Shown: positions 14,194-25,686 of the stretch, piece by piece | How positions within the stretch are numbered: the stretch's first letter is position 1 | How the letters are laid out: each line of letters begins with the position of its first letter | Assembly (NCBI RefSeq): GCF_964355755.1 | Contig: NC_092678.1 | Span: 17,501,365 to 17,565,364, forward strand | Direction: 5' to 3' | DNA: 64,000 nt | Source of the DNA: Antedon mediterranea | Lineage: Eukaryota > Animalia > Echinodermata | The notes under the pieces: model-generated | Told to the model about the DNA's origin: nothing | What the model saw: the letters and a program-made list of their open reading frames with translations, nothing else | Database searches by the model: none | Made by a program: the position numbers and the translations under genes

Positions 14194-15538
14194 TTCTTCA
14201 AGCCCTAGCCGACTTGCAAAGAGACATTAACTTGGTGGAGGCAGTAAGAATCCCACTTTCGGACATACTACATGTGGTAGTTAGTAGCTGGAAAGAAGAG
14301 CAGTTTGTATGTATTCGCCATTGTTACCAGGCCGAAGAAGGAGGCGAGTTTAAACCCGGCAAAAAAGGTATAAACCTTCCAAAGAGACAGTGGTACAAGT
14401 TAATTGAACAACACGGTGAAATTCAAAAGATGATTGAAGAGGTTGATAATGATAATGCGGTTACCGTCGATGGTGGTGGTGACGAAAACGATAACGGAGG
14501 ACGTTTATTCAATTCAGAGCAACAATTGCTATCCCCTGATGGGTTATCTGTGCAAAAGATAACAGGGGAAAATTTAGATTGTGATTACCTTCAACTTCTT
14601 GATAAAGGAACAGCCGATACATTGTTTAAAAAATGTGAGGAAGAGATTGACTATTTTACCGGTGATCTTGCAAAGGTGAAAGTGTACGGAAAGTGGTTTA
14701 ATATTCCTAGAAAACAGGTTAGTTCCATTATTATTTTATCCGTGGTTTTGTATTAATGACTTGTTAATTACTTGTAGGCCTATATCGTTTCCTTTGTTTT
14801 TCTTTATTTACCGCTGGGTAGCTATATGTTTAATTTACTCTTTTACTGTAAATGATTTTATTTGGGCGTGTTCATTTACATCTTGCCAAATAAGATTCTT
14901 AAATTACTATGTAATGTATGGTTTTCCCCTCTGTAGGTTTCGTTTGGCGATTCGGGCTTAACTTACAAATATTCAGGCATTACAGTACCAGCTTTACCGT
15001 GGCCACCATTCCTGAAAGATCTCCGCGATCTTTTAAAAATGGTTACTGGACATTACTTCAATTTTGTCTTGGTCAATCGGTAAATATTCTTGTTTATTAT
15101 TTTGTTTGTTTTAATTCTATTATGCAAGTGTTATTTTACTTACATACATCCTCCCTCCCCCAATGGATAATTGGGTGGGTTTTTTTTAATCTCATGTTAA
15201 AATACTTTATTTTCTATTGTATTTTGTCGTTACTCTATAGATATGCTACTGGCAGTGATTACATTGGCGAACACAAAGATGATGAAAAAGACATGAATCA
15301 CTTTAGTCCAATCGCCTCTGTATCATTGGGGCAAACACGTATGTTTAGATTTCGACATGGTGATGCGCGAGGTAAGAGTTCCAAAAGAATAATTGAACCA
15401 GTAACTGTTGATCTTAAACACGGTACATTATTAATGATGAATTATCCCACTAATGAGTACTGGTACCATTCACTGCCTAAAAATCAATCCATCAAGCTAC
15501 CAAGAATAAATCTTACGTTTAGAGATATTAAAAGATGA
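14154..15538 (+). CDS. ALKBH2: PC4 domain 2 fused to an ALKBH2-type Fe(II)/2OG DNA dealkylase; spliced 14154-14717, 14937-15079, 15241-15538
   Basis: PC4 motif CIRHCYQ...FKPGKKGINLPKRQWYKL is followed by ENLDCDY...YFTGDLAKVKVYGKWFNIPRKQ | VSFGDSGLTYKYSG...FNFVLVNR | YATGSDYIGEHKDDE...WYHSLP...PRINLTFR. GT-AG introns 14718-14936 (phase 0) and 15080-15240 (phase 2) restore the frame. The HxD...H and RxxxxxR motifs are intact. Confidence 0.92.
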
Positions 15539-18500
15539 GAGAAATTTTACGCAAACATTAGGCCTAACAGTCTTTAATAGTGATTGCAGATCTCAAGAAC
15601 ATCAACTGTTCATGATCTGTTCTCATATAGTGTAGTAGTACCAGTTAAATTACTTTTGTGATGATATTTCTACAAATGGTTGTATTATTGTATTGAAGTT
15701 AATTCACTTAGATATAGGGCTAATTCCATTGATCGTTAATAATAATATGATTGTTTGTCATTGTGTGGATAATTATTAACTTTACGAAACAAATAGCTGT
15801 ATTATTGTATTGAAATTCACTTAGATCTATACCTAATTCCATTGATCGTTAATATTCATGTGATTGTTTCCCATTGTGTGGATAAAAATTAAATAATCTC
15901 TTAAAAGTAAATTGTATTGTATTTCTAATTGTTATAAATACATGTAACAGTTTCTTATGTTTTTAACAAGTGTGCAAGTTTTTCTTTAAAGCGTTTTAAC
16001 CGTTTAGTTAGTAATTTCAAGAGAAACAGGTACTTGAAACGGATAAATGATGTCGTAACGTAGGAAACGGACTGGTAGATTAAAAGAAACGTTATAGGCC
16101 TAATAACACTAATAATAACAAACATATATTTCGTACATGTATCGATAAGTTATCTAAATATGTGTGATTAATATTATTACAATAAAGACCATGTAGATCT
16201 ACAGTAGTTTTACTGTAAGTGGTATTGTAAATAAATTTTGAATTCAATGGTGAAAAATAACAGATGTCTGCGTATTATTTAATATTACTTTTATCATAAT
16301 TGCAAACACAGGTCGATCATAATTTGAAGGCAGAAAGACGTTTTGGTTGCCAATTGTATTTTTTTTACACTTAACACATTTTAACAGAAAAACAGAAAAG
16401 CTAGACATTCAACCGGACCCCAAACATTGAAATTTGTTTACAAACAGGTTATTTCCATTAGTTATTCTAAGGCCTACTTTTTTTTCTACATGTTTATCTT
16501 TCGACTATTTTTTAAAAACTTTTTTTATGAATCTTCCGCTGTTTCGTTAGCAATTTTACAGGCCTGTGTCTTCGCTCTGTAGCCTTTTAACGGTTCTTTG
16601 TAAATGTTCTCTTATTGATGGTTACCTATAGCTCTCTCACATCCCTTAATCTAGCACCATTTTATGAAAGATTCCTCAGTAAGGGGTTTATTACTGACGC
16701 TAGGTATCATCGACAGGGAATATTAGACAAAACATGATGTCACTATTTTTAAAAGGTTTTCTCATTCAAGAACAGCTGACGTCAATGAAGAATACGTTAC
16801 AACACGATAACTATCGGACAGCAGCAACAAACATCAACCAATCACAAATCTGAGCTACTAGTTAAATAATAAATAAACGAAACAAAGACATCATTTTCGT
16901 CTCGAAGTTATATTAACGTAAATTTTTCCTTCACAAAATCACAGGAGACGCGTTTAACGTTTCCAATTGTAAAGCAGTTTCAAATTACGTCGCATCATAC
17001 TGCTAGTACCTTACTGTAAAATATCTACCGATATATATATTTTGCTAGTCACTCATCATTTTATTACATCACATTATTCAACTCATCAGGTGTAATATCT
17101 TTACACAAATCCTTTATATCTTTACTTTTTTTTCTTACCAGCTCATAACAAACACGAATATTACTCTAAAGGATTTATACTCAATGTACCATAAACCCCC
17201 CCCCCCCCCTTTTTTTTTAAAGTCTGCATAGCGGCACGAGAAAACAATTAATAATGGGGATAAAAAGTTTGTCTTACATTGTTATACAGTAACCTGTGTT
17301 TTTCTCGGTTTACACCAACTCATTGTTTATAATTATGTATGTTAATGTCAATATAGTGTTTCTCTAGTACAGTGTATTACCTGTTTATACCCGTAAAGTT
17401 TGCAGGCCTCCATGTAGTTGGTATATTTTGTAAAAATTGTATTTATGTTTACTTTTTAAAAATCGTTTTATTTGCATTTTATCTCCTCCTGGTTAAAATG
17501 AGTGTGATGTTGCTTAAAAAGTTAACAAGTATAACCACTAAAACGGTTCATTACCTGTAGGAAATCATCAATATTGTAACATGCGGTAAACAATACAAAT
17601 TAGTTTCACAAATCATTTAAACAATAACACTAACAAATTATTGGAATTTAAGAAAATAAAGGTGTACAGATTTTATTTCGATAAAAAAAGTGTACAAAAA
17701 TAACTTTACAAAAAATTTACAGAATAAATTAACAAAAAAAAAATAATTAATTCTTATAAAGGTGTACAGTGTACATTGGCCAGACATTCTTAAAACGAGG
17801 TGTACAGCTTTTATTTAAAAAAAAGTATACAGAAATAATTTTACAAAAAGTGTATAGAATAAATTTACAAAAAAAAGTTCACACATTAAACTCATGCTTA
17901 TAAAAGTGTACATGTCGATGTGTACATGTGACGTGGCATTACCATTAAGAAACAAATACAAACCAAACACTTAACAACTAAAACAGCATAGCGATCGTTT
18001 TCGTACGAAAAACAATACCTCCAGCAGGTATATCAACTTTAGTATTTTAAGTATAGGGCCTACACGTTACAAACACACACACCCTCTTGAATTGTAGGTA
18101 CAGGCCTTTTGCCGTTCGTAATTCAAACTGTTCGGAAAATTGAAGTTAATATTCTGAGATTTATGTCTATGATTGCATTCTGCCTTCCCTCTCAGGAGCT
18201 TAGACTTGTCAACGGTCTAAAAGAGCTGTAATGCAGGATGCGAAACATAAAAGTTTATTAATAAACCGTATATTATAACGATAAAGAAACGAATGTACGA
18301 TACACCAATATAACAGTACAATAACTGATTAACTGAAGACTTGAAGTCTACTGTATTCCTACAATCATTCAAGTAGACATTGTTTGCTGAGTGTATGATA
18401 CTTTCTCCAAAGAGAATTCGAACGATGTGTTTTTTTTTTCCGGACGTGTTTCTACGGTTATCAGAACGGGTCAATAATAATTTAAACAAAAAAAAAAAAA

Positions 18501-18847
18501 AAAAAACAAAAAAAAAAAAAACAAAAAAAAAAAAAAAAAAAAAACGAACAGCCTACTAACTTCCAAACAATCAATACCTAAATAAGCTGAACCTAACCCA
18601 CTAATTAATAATCTCTTCCATACATCAAAATCGGCCGAAAATGATCTGAACATTGAAAAGTGGACACGGTCGTCTGTTCTTCTTATCTGTTGCCACGGCT
18701 TGTGACATCCTCGTTGGTGATAAAGCCATGCGGTCTACACATTTATGATGACCACATCGCATAAAATGTTCAGGGAACTTATTTTTCAACTCTCTGATAC
18801 AATGTTTAAATACAAGTGGACTGGAAACCATTTAGGAATAGGGTTTT

Positions 18848-19477
18848 CTAATAATAAAAGTTGTGTAAAACTTTAGTTATGGCCAAGGGGAATTGGTCAA
18901 GACTTGGAGTAAATGGTCAAAACCGGTGGCAAATGGTCAAGACCGAGAGAAAAATTAATGTACACCATTTTATAAGTTTATCGTCAATTATTGTGTTAAC
19001 ATTCATTTATGAATAAACCTGTATACGTATTCAATAATAAAAAAAAAGAATAACTTTCTTATGCTTAATATCATGAATAACATATCTTTAGTGGTTAAGG
19101 TAATATATTATTTCTCTGTATACTGACGTCACACATATAGATAAAGAGAGACTGTCTATTAATAAAAGTTGTGTAAAACTTTAGTTATGGTCAAGGGGAT
19201 TGGTCAAGACTTGAAGTAAATTGTCGAGACTTGGAGTAAATGGTCGAGACCGGGGGAAAGTGGTCAAGACAGGGAGAAAAATTAATGTACACAATTTTAT
19301 AAGTTTATAGTCACTTATTGTGTTAAATTTCATTTATGATTAAACCTGTATACGTATTCAATAATAAAAAATTAATATTCCTTCACTTAATATCATGAAT
19401 AACATATCTTTAGTGGTTAAGGTATTATATTATTTCTCTGTATACTGACCTCACAAATATAGATAAAGAGAGACTGT
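18848..19477. repeat. Two-copy tandem repeat (about 308 and 322 bp) in the asymmetric part of the palindrome
   Basis: Units start CTA(A/T)TAATAAAAGTTGTGTAAAACTTTAG at 18848 and 19156 and contain about 20-bp AAATGGTCAAGAC subrepeats. Confidence 0.9.
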
Positions 19478-19656
19478 AACTAAATGTTTATTAATTATTA
19501 GGGTTACAGTGAGAGTTCTATGCAAACATTAAAAGGCCAATTAACGAGCCACCCAACTTAATTAAGTACCGGTACCTAACTAACAAATGCGCTCAAACTC
19601 TATACAGGTTACAACTCTACAAAAGAGGACATTTTATTTTTAAACTAGGGTTAAAC

Positions 19657-19965
19657 ATGAAAAAGGTCAATTACTTGAACTCTGAACATTGGAAAAAGGG
19701 GTTGTGTCAATGGACACTTGAACTTTACCTCTATACAAGGACGAATGGACAGTGACAATTTACCATTAAACTCTGGTCAACCGTTTTATTGGGGGGCTCT
19801 CAAATTTCGACGAAGTCGAAAATTGAAACTCTCATGTTTTTGTGACCAGAGTTTAATGGTAAATTGTCACTGTCCATTCGTCCTTGTATAGAGGTAAAGT
19901 TCTAGTGTCCATTGACACAACCCCTTTTTCCAATGTTCAGAGTTCAAGTAATTGACCTTTTTCAT
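19657..19965. repeat. Innermost inverted repeat (123-bp arms, 63-bp loop) marking the true fold-back centre
   Basis: 19657-19779 and 19843-19965 are reverse complements with one mismatch. The loop contains TCAAATTTCGAC-GAA-GTCGAAAATTGA (19800-19826). Confidence 0.92.
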
Positions 19966-22900
19966 TGTATCAGAGAGTTGAAAAATAAGTTCCCTGAACA
20001 TTTTATGCGATGTGGTCATCATAAATGTGTAGACCGCATGGCTTTATCACCAACGAGGATGTCACAAGCCGTGGCAACAGATAAGAAGAACAGACGACCG
20101 TGTCCACTTTTCAATGTTCAGATCATTTTCGGCCGATTTTGATGTATGGAAGAGATTATTAATTAGTGGGTTAGGTTCAGCTTATTTAGGTATTGATTGT
20201 TTGGAAGTTAGTAGGCTGTTCGTTTTTTTTTTTTTGTTTTTTTTGTTTTTTTTTTTTTTTTTTTTTTTTTTTTTGGTTTTTTTTTTTAAAATTATTATTG
20301 ACCCGTTCTGATAACCGTAGAAACACGTCCGGAAAAAAAAAAACACATCGTTCGAATTCTCTTTGGAGAAAGTATCATACACTCAGCAAACAATGTCTAC
20401 TTGAATGATTGTAGGAGTACAGTAGACTTCAAGTCTTCAGTTAATCAGTTATTGTACTGTTATATTGGTGTATCGTACATTCGTTTCTTTATCGTTATAA
20501 TATACGGTTTATTAATAAACTTTTATGTTTCGCATCCTGCATTACAGCTCTTTTAGACCGTTGACAAGTCTAAGCTCCTGAGAGGGAAGGCAGAATGCAA
20601 TCATAGACATAAATCTCAGAATATTAACTTCAATTTTCCGAACAGTTTGAATTACGAACGGCAAAAGGCCTGTACCTACAATTCAAGAGGGTGTGTGTGT
20701 TTGTAACGTGTAGGCCCTATACTTAAAATACTAAAGTTGATATACCTGCTGGAGGTATTGTTTTTCGTACGAAAACGATCGCTATGCTGTTTTAGTTGTT
20801 AAGTGTTTGGTTTGTATTTGTTTCTTAATGGTAATGCCACGTCACATGTACACATCGACATGTACACTTTTATAAGCATGAGTTTAATGTGTGAACTTTT
20901 TTTTGTAAATTTATTCTATACACTTTTTGTAAAATTATTTCTGTATACTTTTTTTTAAATAAAAGCTGTACACCTCGTTTTAAGAATGTCTGGCCAATGT
21001 ACACTGTACACCTTTATAAGAATTAATTATTTTTTTTTTGTTAATTTATTCTGTAAATTTTTTGTAAAGTTATTTTTGTACACTTTTTTTATCGAAATAA
21101 AATCTGTACACCTTTATTTTCTTAAATTCCAATAATTTGTTAGTGTTATTGTTTAAATGATTTGTGAAACTAATTTGTATTGTTTACCGCATGTTACAAT
21201 ATTGATGATTTCCTACAGGTAATGAACCGTTTTAGTGGTTATACTTGTTAACTTTTTAAGCAACATCACACTCATTTTAACCAGGAGGAGATAAAATGCA
21301 AATAAACGATTTTTAAAAAGTAAACATAAATACAATTTTTACAAAATATACCAACTACATGGAGGCCTGCAAACTTTACGGGTATAAACAGGTAATAAAC
21401 TGTACTAGAGAAACACTATATCGACATTAACATACATAATTATAAACAATGAGTTGGTGTAAACCGAGAAAAACACAGGTTACTGTATAACAATGTAAGA
21501 CAAACTTTTTATCCCCATTATTAATTGTTTTCTCGTGCCGCTATGCAGACTTTAAAAAAAAAAAGGGGGGGGGGGGTTTATGGTACATTGAGTATAAATT
21601 CTTTAGAGTAATATTCGTGTTTGTTATGAGCTGGTAAGAAAAAAAGTAAAGATATAAAGGATTTGTGTAAAGATATTACACCTGATGAGTTGAATAATGT
21701 GATGTAATAAAATGATGAGTGACTAGCAAAATATATATATCGGTAGATATTTTACAGTAAGGTACTAGCAGTATGATGCGACGTAATTTGAAACTGCTTT
21801 ACAATTGGAAACGTTAAACGCGTCTCCTGTGATTTTGTGAAGGAAAAATTTACGTTAATATAACTTCGAGACGAAAATGATGTCTTTGTTTCGTTTATTT
21901 ATTATTTAACTAGTAGCTCAGATTTGTGATTGGTTGATGTTTGTTGCTGCTGTCCGATAGTTATCGTGTTGTAACGTATTCTTCATTGACGTCAGCTGTT
22001 CTTGAATGAGAAAACCTTTTAAAAATAGTGACATCATGTTTTGTCTAATATTCCCTGTCGATGATACCTAGCGTCAGTAATAAACCCCTTACTGAGGAAT
22101 CTTTCATAAAATGGTGCTAGATTAAGGGATGTGAGAGAGCTATAGGTAACCATCAATAAGAGAACATTTACAAAGAACCGTTAAAAGGCTACAGAGCGAA
22201 GACACAGGCCTGTAAAATTGCTAACGAAACAGCGGAAGATTCATAAAAAAAGTTTTTAAAAAATAGTCGAAAGATAAACATGTAGAAAAAAAAGTAGGCC
22301 TTAGAATAACTAATGGAAATAACCTGTTTGTAAACAAATTTCAATGTTTGGGGTCCGGTTGAATGTCTAGCTTTTCTGTTTTTCTGTTAAAATGTGTTAA
22401 GTGTAAAAAAAATACAATTGGCAACCAAAACGTCTTTCTGCCTTCAAATTATGATCGACCTGTGTTTGCAATTATGATAAAAGTAATATTAAATAATACG
22501 CAGACATCTGTTATTTCTCACCATTGAATTCAAAATTTATTTACAATACCACTTACAGTAAAACTACTGTAGATCTACATGGTCTTTATTGTAATAATAT
22601 TAATCACACATATTTAGATAACTTATCGATACATGTACGAAATATATGTTTGTTATTATTAGTGTTATTAGGCCTATAACGTTTCTTTTAATCTACCAGT
22701 CCGTTTCCTACGTTACGACATCATTTATCCGTTTCAAGTACCTGTTTCTCTTGAAATTACTAACTAAACGGTTAAAACGCTTTAAAGAAAAACTTGCACA
22801 CTTGTTAAAAACATAAGAAACTGTTACATGTATTTATAACAATTAGAAATACAATACAATTTACTTTTAAGAGATTATTTAATTTTTATCCACACAATGG

Positions 22901-23232
22901 GAAACAATCACATGAATATTAACGATCAATGTAATTAGGTATAGATCTAAGTGAATTTCAATACAATAATACAGCTATTTGTTTCGTAAAGTTAATAATT
23001 ATCCACACAATGACAAACAATCATATTATTATTAACGATCAATGGAATTAGCCCTATATCTAAGTGAATTAACTTCAATACAATAATACAACCATTTGTA
23101 GAAATATCATCACAAAAGTAATTTAACTGGTACTACTACACTATATGAGAACAGATCATGAACAGTTGATGTTCTTGAGATCTGCAATCACTATTAAAGA
23201 CTGTTAGGCCTAATGTTTGCGTAAAATTTCTC

Positions 23233-24617
23233 TCATCTTTTAATATCTCTAAACGTAAGATTTATTCTTGGTAGCTTGATGGATTGATTTTTAGGCAGTG
23301 AATGGTACCAGTACTCATTAGTGGGATAATTCATCATTAATAATGTACCGTGTTTAAGATCAACAGTTACTGGTTCAATTATTCTTTTGGAACTCTTACC
23401 TCGCGCATCACCATGTCGAAATCTAAACATACGTGTTTGCCCCAATGATACAGAGGCGATTGGACTAAAGTGATTCATGTCTTTTTCATCATCTTTGTGT
23501 TCGCCAATGTAATCACTGCCAGTAGCATATCTATAGAGTAACGACAAAATACAATAGAAAATAAAGTATTTTAACATGAGATTAAAAAAAACCCACCCAA
23601 TTATCCATTGGGGGAGGGAGGATGTATGTAAGTAAAATAACACTTGCATAATAGAATTAAAACAAACAAAATAATAAACAAGAATATTTACCGATTGACC
23701 AAGACAAAATTGAAGTAATGTCCTGTAACCGTTTTTAAAAGATCGCGGAGATCTTTCAGGAATGGTGGCCACGGTAAAGCTGGTACTGTATTGCCTGAAT
23801 ATTTGTAAGTTAAGCCCGAATCGCCAAACGAAACCTACAGAGGGGAAAACCATACATTACATAGTAATTTAAGAATCTTATTTGGCAAGATGTAAATGAA
23901 CACGCCCAAATAAAATCATTTACAGTAAAAGAGTAAATTAAACATATAGCTACCCAGCGGTAAATAAAGAAAAACAAAGGAAACGATATAGGCCTACAAG
24001 TAATTAACAAGTCATTAATACAAAACCACGGATAAAATAATAATGGAACTAACCTGTTTTCTAGGAATATTAAACCACTTTCCGTACACTTTCACCTTTG
24101 CAAGATCACCGGTAAAATAGTCAATCTCTTCCTCACATTTTTTAAACAATGTATCGGCTGTTCCTTTATCAAGAAGTTGAAGGTAATCACAATCTAAATT
24201 TTCCCCTGTTATCTTTTGCACAGATAACCCATCAGGGGATAGCAATTGTTGCTCTAAATTGAATAAACGTCCTCCGTTATCGTTTTCGTCACCACCACCA
24301 TCGACGGTAACCGCATTATCATTATCAACCTCTTCAATCATCTTTTGAATTTCACCGTGTTGTTCAATTAACTTGTACCACTGTCTCTTTGGAAGGTTTA
24401 TACCTTTTTTGCCGGGTTTAAACTCGCCTCCTTCTTCGGCCTGGTAACAATGGCGAATACATACAAACTGCTCTTCTTTCCAGCTACTAACTACCACATG
24501 TAGTATGTCCGAAAGTGGGATTCTTACTGCCTCCACCAAGTTAATGTCTCTTTGCAAGTCGGCTAGGGCTTGAAGAATTAAATCAATATTGGTAAAAAGT
24601 TTTTGCCACAGCAGAAA
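23233..24617 (-). CDS. ALKBH2: Mirror copy of PC4 domain 2 plus ALKBH2; exons 24617-24054, 23834-23692, 23530-23233
   Basis: Reverse complement of 14154-15538 with the same splice sites and catalytic motifs. It differs by S>L, I>N, M>T and one silent change. Confidence 0.92.
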
Positions 24618-24928
24618 TTAATACCTAGAGGTCCAGGTTTGAAGGCACCATTTTCTTCCGTTTGATAAAATTCTCTAAGGCATACATAAACAACTTCACC
24701 CCAGCGCTGGGCCACTACATGGCGTTTTTCAGACAGAAAAATCCGATTCGTTGAAGTTATTGGAATCTTTGGTTCACCACCGGTCATTTCTGCATAATCC
24801 ATGGCGCTAATTCCTGAGGCAGAGTGAAATGATTTTTTACTTGTTGACGGCTTCGCTGCTTTACTCAAATCGTTTGTTTGACCGTTGAAAAATTTTCTAG
24901 GATCCAATAACTTCGAGGAGGTAGTCAT
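24578..24928 (-). CDS. Mirror copy of PC4 domain 1 (same frameshift)
   Basis: Reverse complement of 13843-14193 with one R>T change. Confidence 0.8.
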   Translation of the reverse strand: MTTSSKLLDPRKFFNGQTNDLSKAAKPSTSKKSFHSASGISAMDYAEMTGGEPKIPITSTNRIFLSEKRHVVAQRWGEVVYVCLREFYQTEENGAFKPGPLGINFCCGKNFLPILI

Positions 24929-25134
24929 CGTTGGTACTTTAAAACTGCGATTGAACCAGGTCCGATATATATGTAACATCTCAGTACGGAAGTAGCTTTT
25001 TAACAGTAATTAGCCTAAAGCGATATTAATTGTTTTTCCTGTCAATTGTCTCCCTACAACGCGTGCGGATTAAAGCATTGTTAATTGTTTGTTTTCCGGT
25101 CAATCGTTTTTCCGTGGCACGTACGAAACACGTT

Positions 25135-25686
25135 TTAGATATCCTCACACAATAACTTATACAGGTTCTCTGAATTAGTCAAGGTATTTACGAGAAAGTA
25201 AACAAAATGTCTATACCGTGGTAATGAATATTCCTCGTACTTATTCAACTCACTATACACGGTATCGTCTGTAACATACTCTTTATCCAGAACCTCCCGA
25301 TAAAAATAATCAATCTGTTCTTCTGGAGATTTTATACAGCAGAAGTCATGATCTTTTTGACCAGGCCTATCAAATTCGCAACCATAACAAGCCGCTTTAC
25401 TTAACATCCAACACATGTTTAACACTTGAGAAACAAACACTTCTCTGGCTAAATATTCCAATTTCAATAAAAATTCTCTCTCCACCTCATCTACGTACGT
25501 AAATATACAACTTGCAGCCCGGCTACCCCTCTCAACTCCTTCATCAACACCGGCGGGTACACCCTCATTGGTCCGCATGTACCGATCACCGATATCGTTA
25601 CCTGTAACAACAGTCTCCTCATCATCGCTAATAATTATAACTGTATCTACACAGCTACCTAACGAAAAATCTATACTTCCAGACAT
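25135..25686 (-). CDS. Mirror copy of the 183-aa SIM/Cys-His protein
   Basis: The translation is identical to 13085-13636. Confidence 0.75.
   Translation of the reverse strand: MSGSIDFSLGSCVDTVIIISDDEETVVTGNDIGDRYMRTNEGVPAGVDEGVERGSRAASCIFTYVDEVEREFLLKLEYLAREVFVSQVLNMCWMLSKAACYGCEFDRPGQKDHDFCCIKSPEEQIDYFYREVLDKEYVTDDTVYSELNKYEEYSLPRYRHFVYFLVNTLTNSENLYKLLCEDI

Noticed and set aside
14918-15538. 206-aa ORF (and mirror 23233-23853) as a standalone membrane-anchored AlkB
   Set aside because: Its hydrophobic N-terminal half is the wrong frame of exon 2 plus intron 2; only 15241-15538 is coding in this frame.
22061-22285. Protein-like frame MIPSVSNKPLTEESFIKWC... (mirror 16486-16710)
   Set aside because: It has several in-frame stops and no recognisable family.
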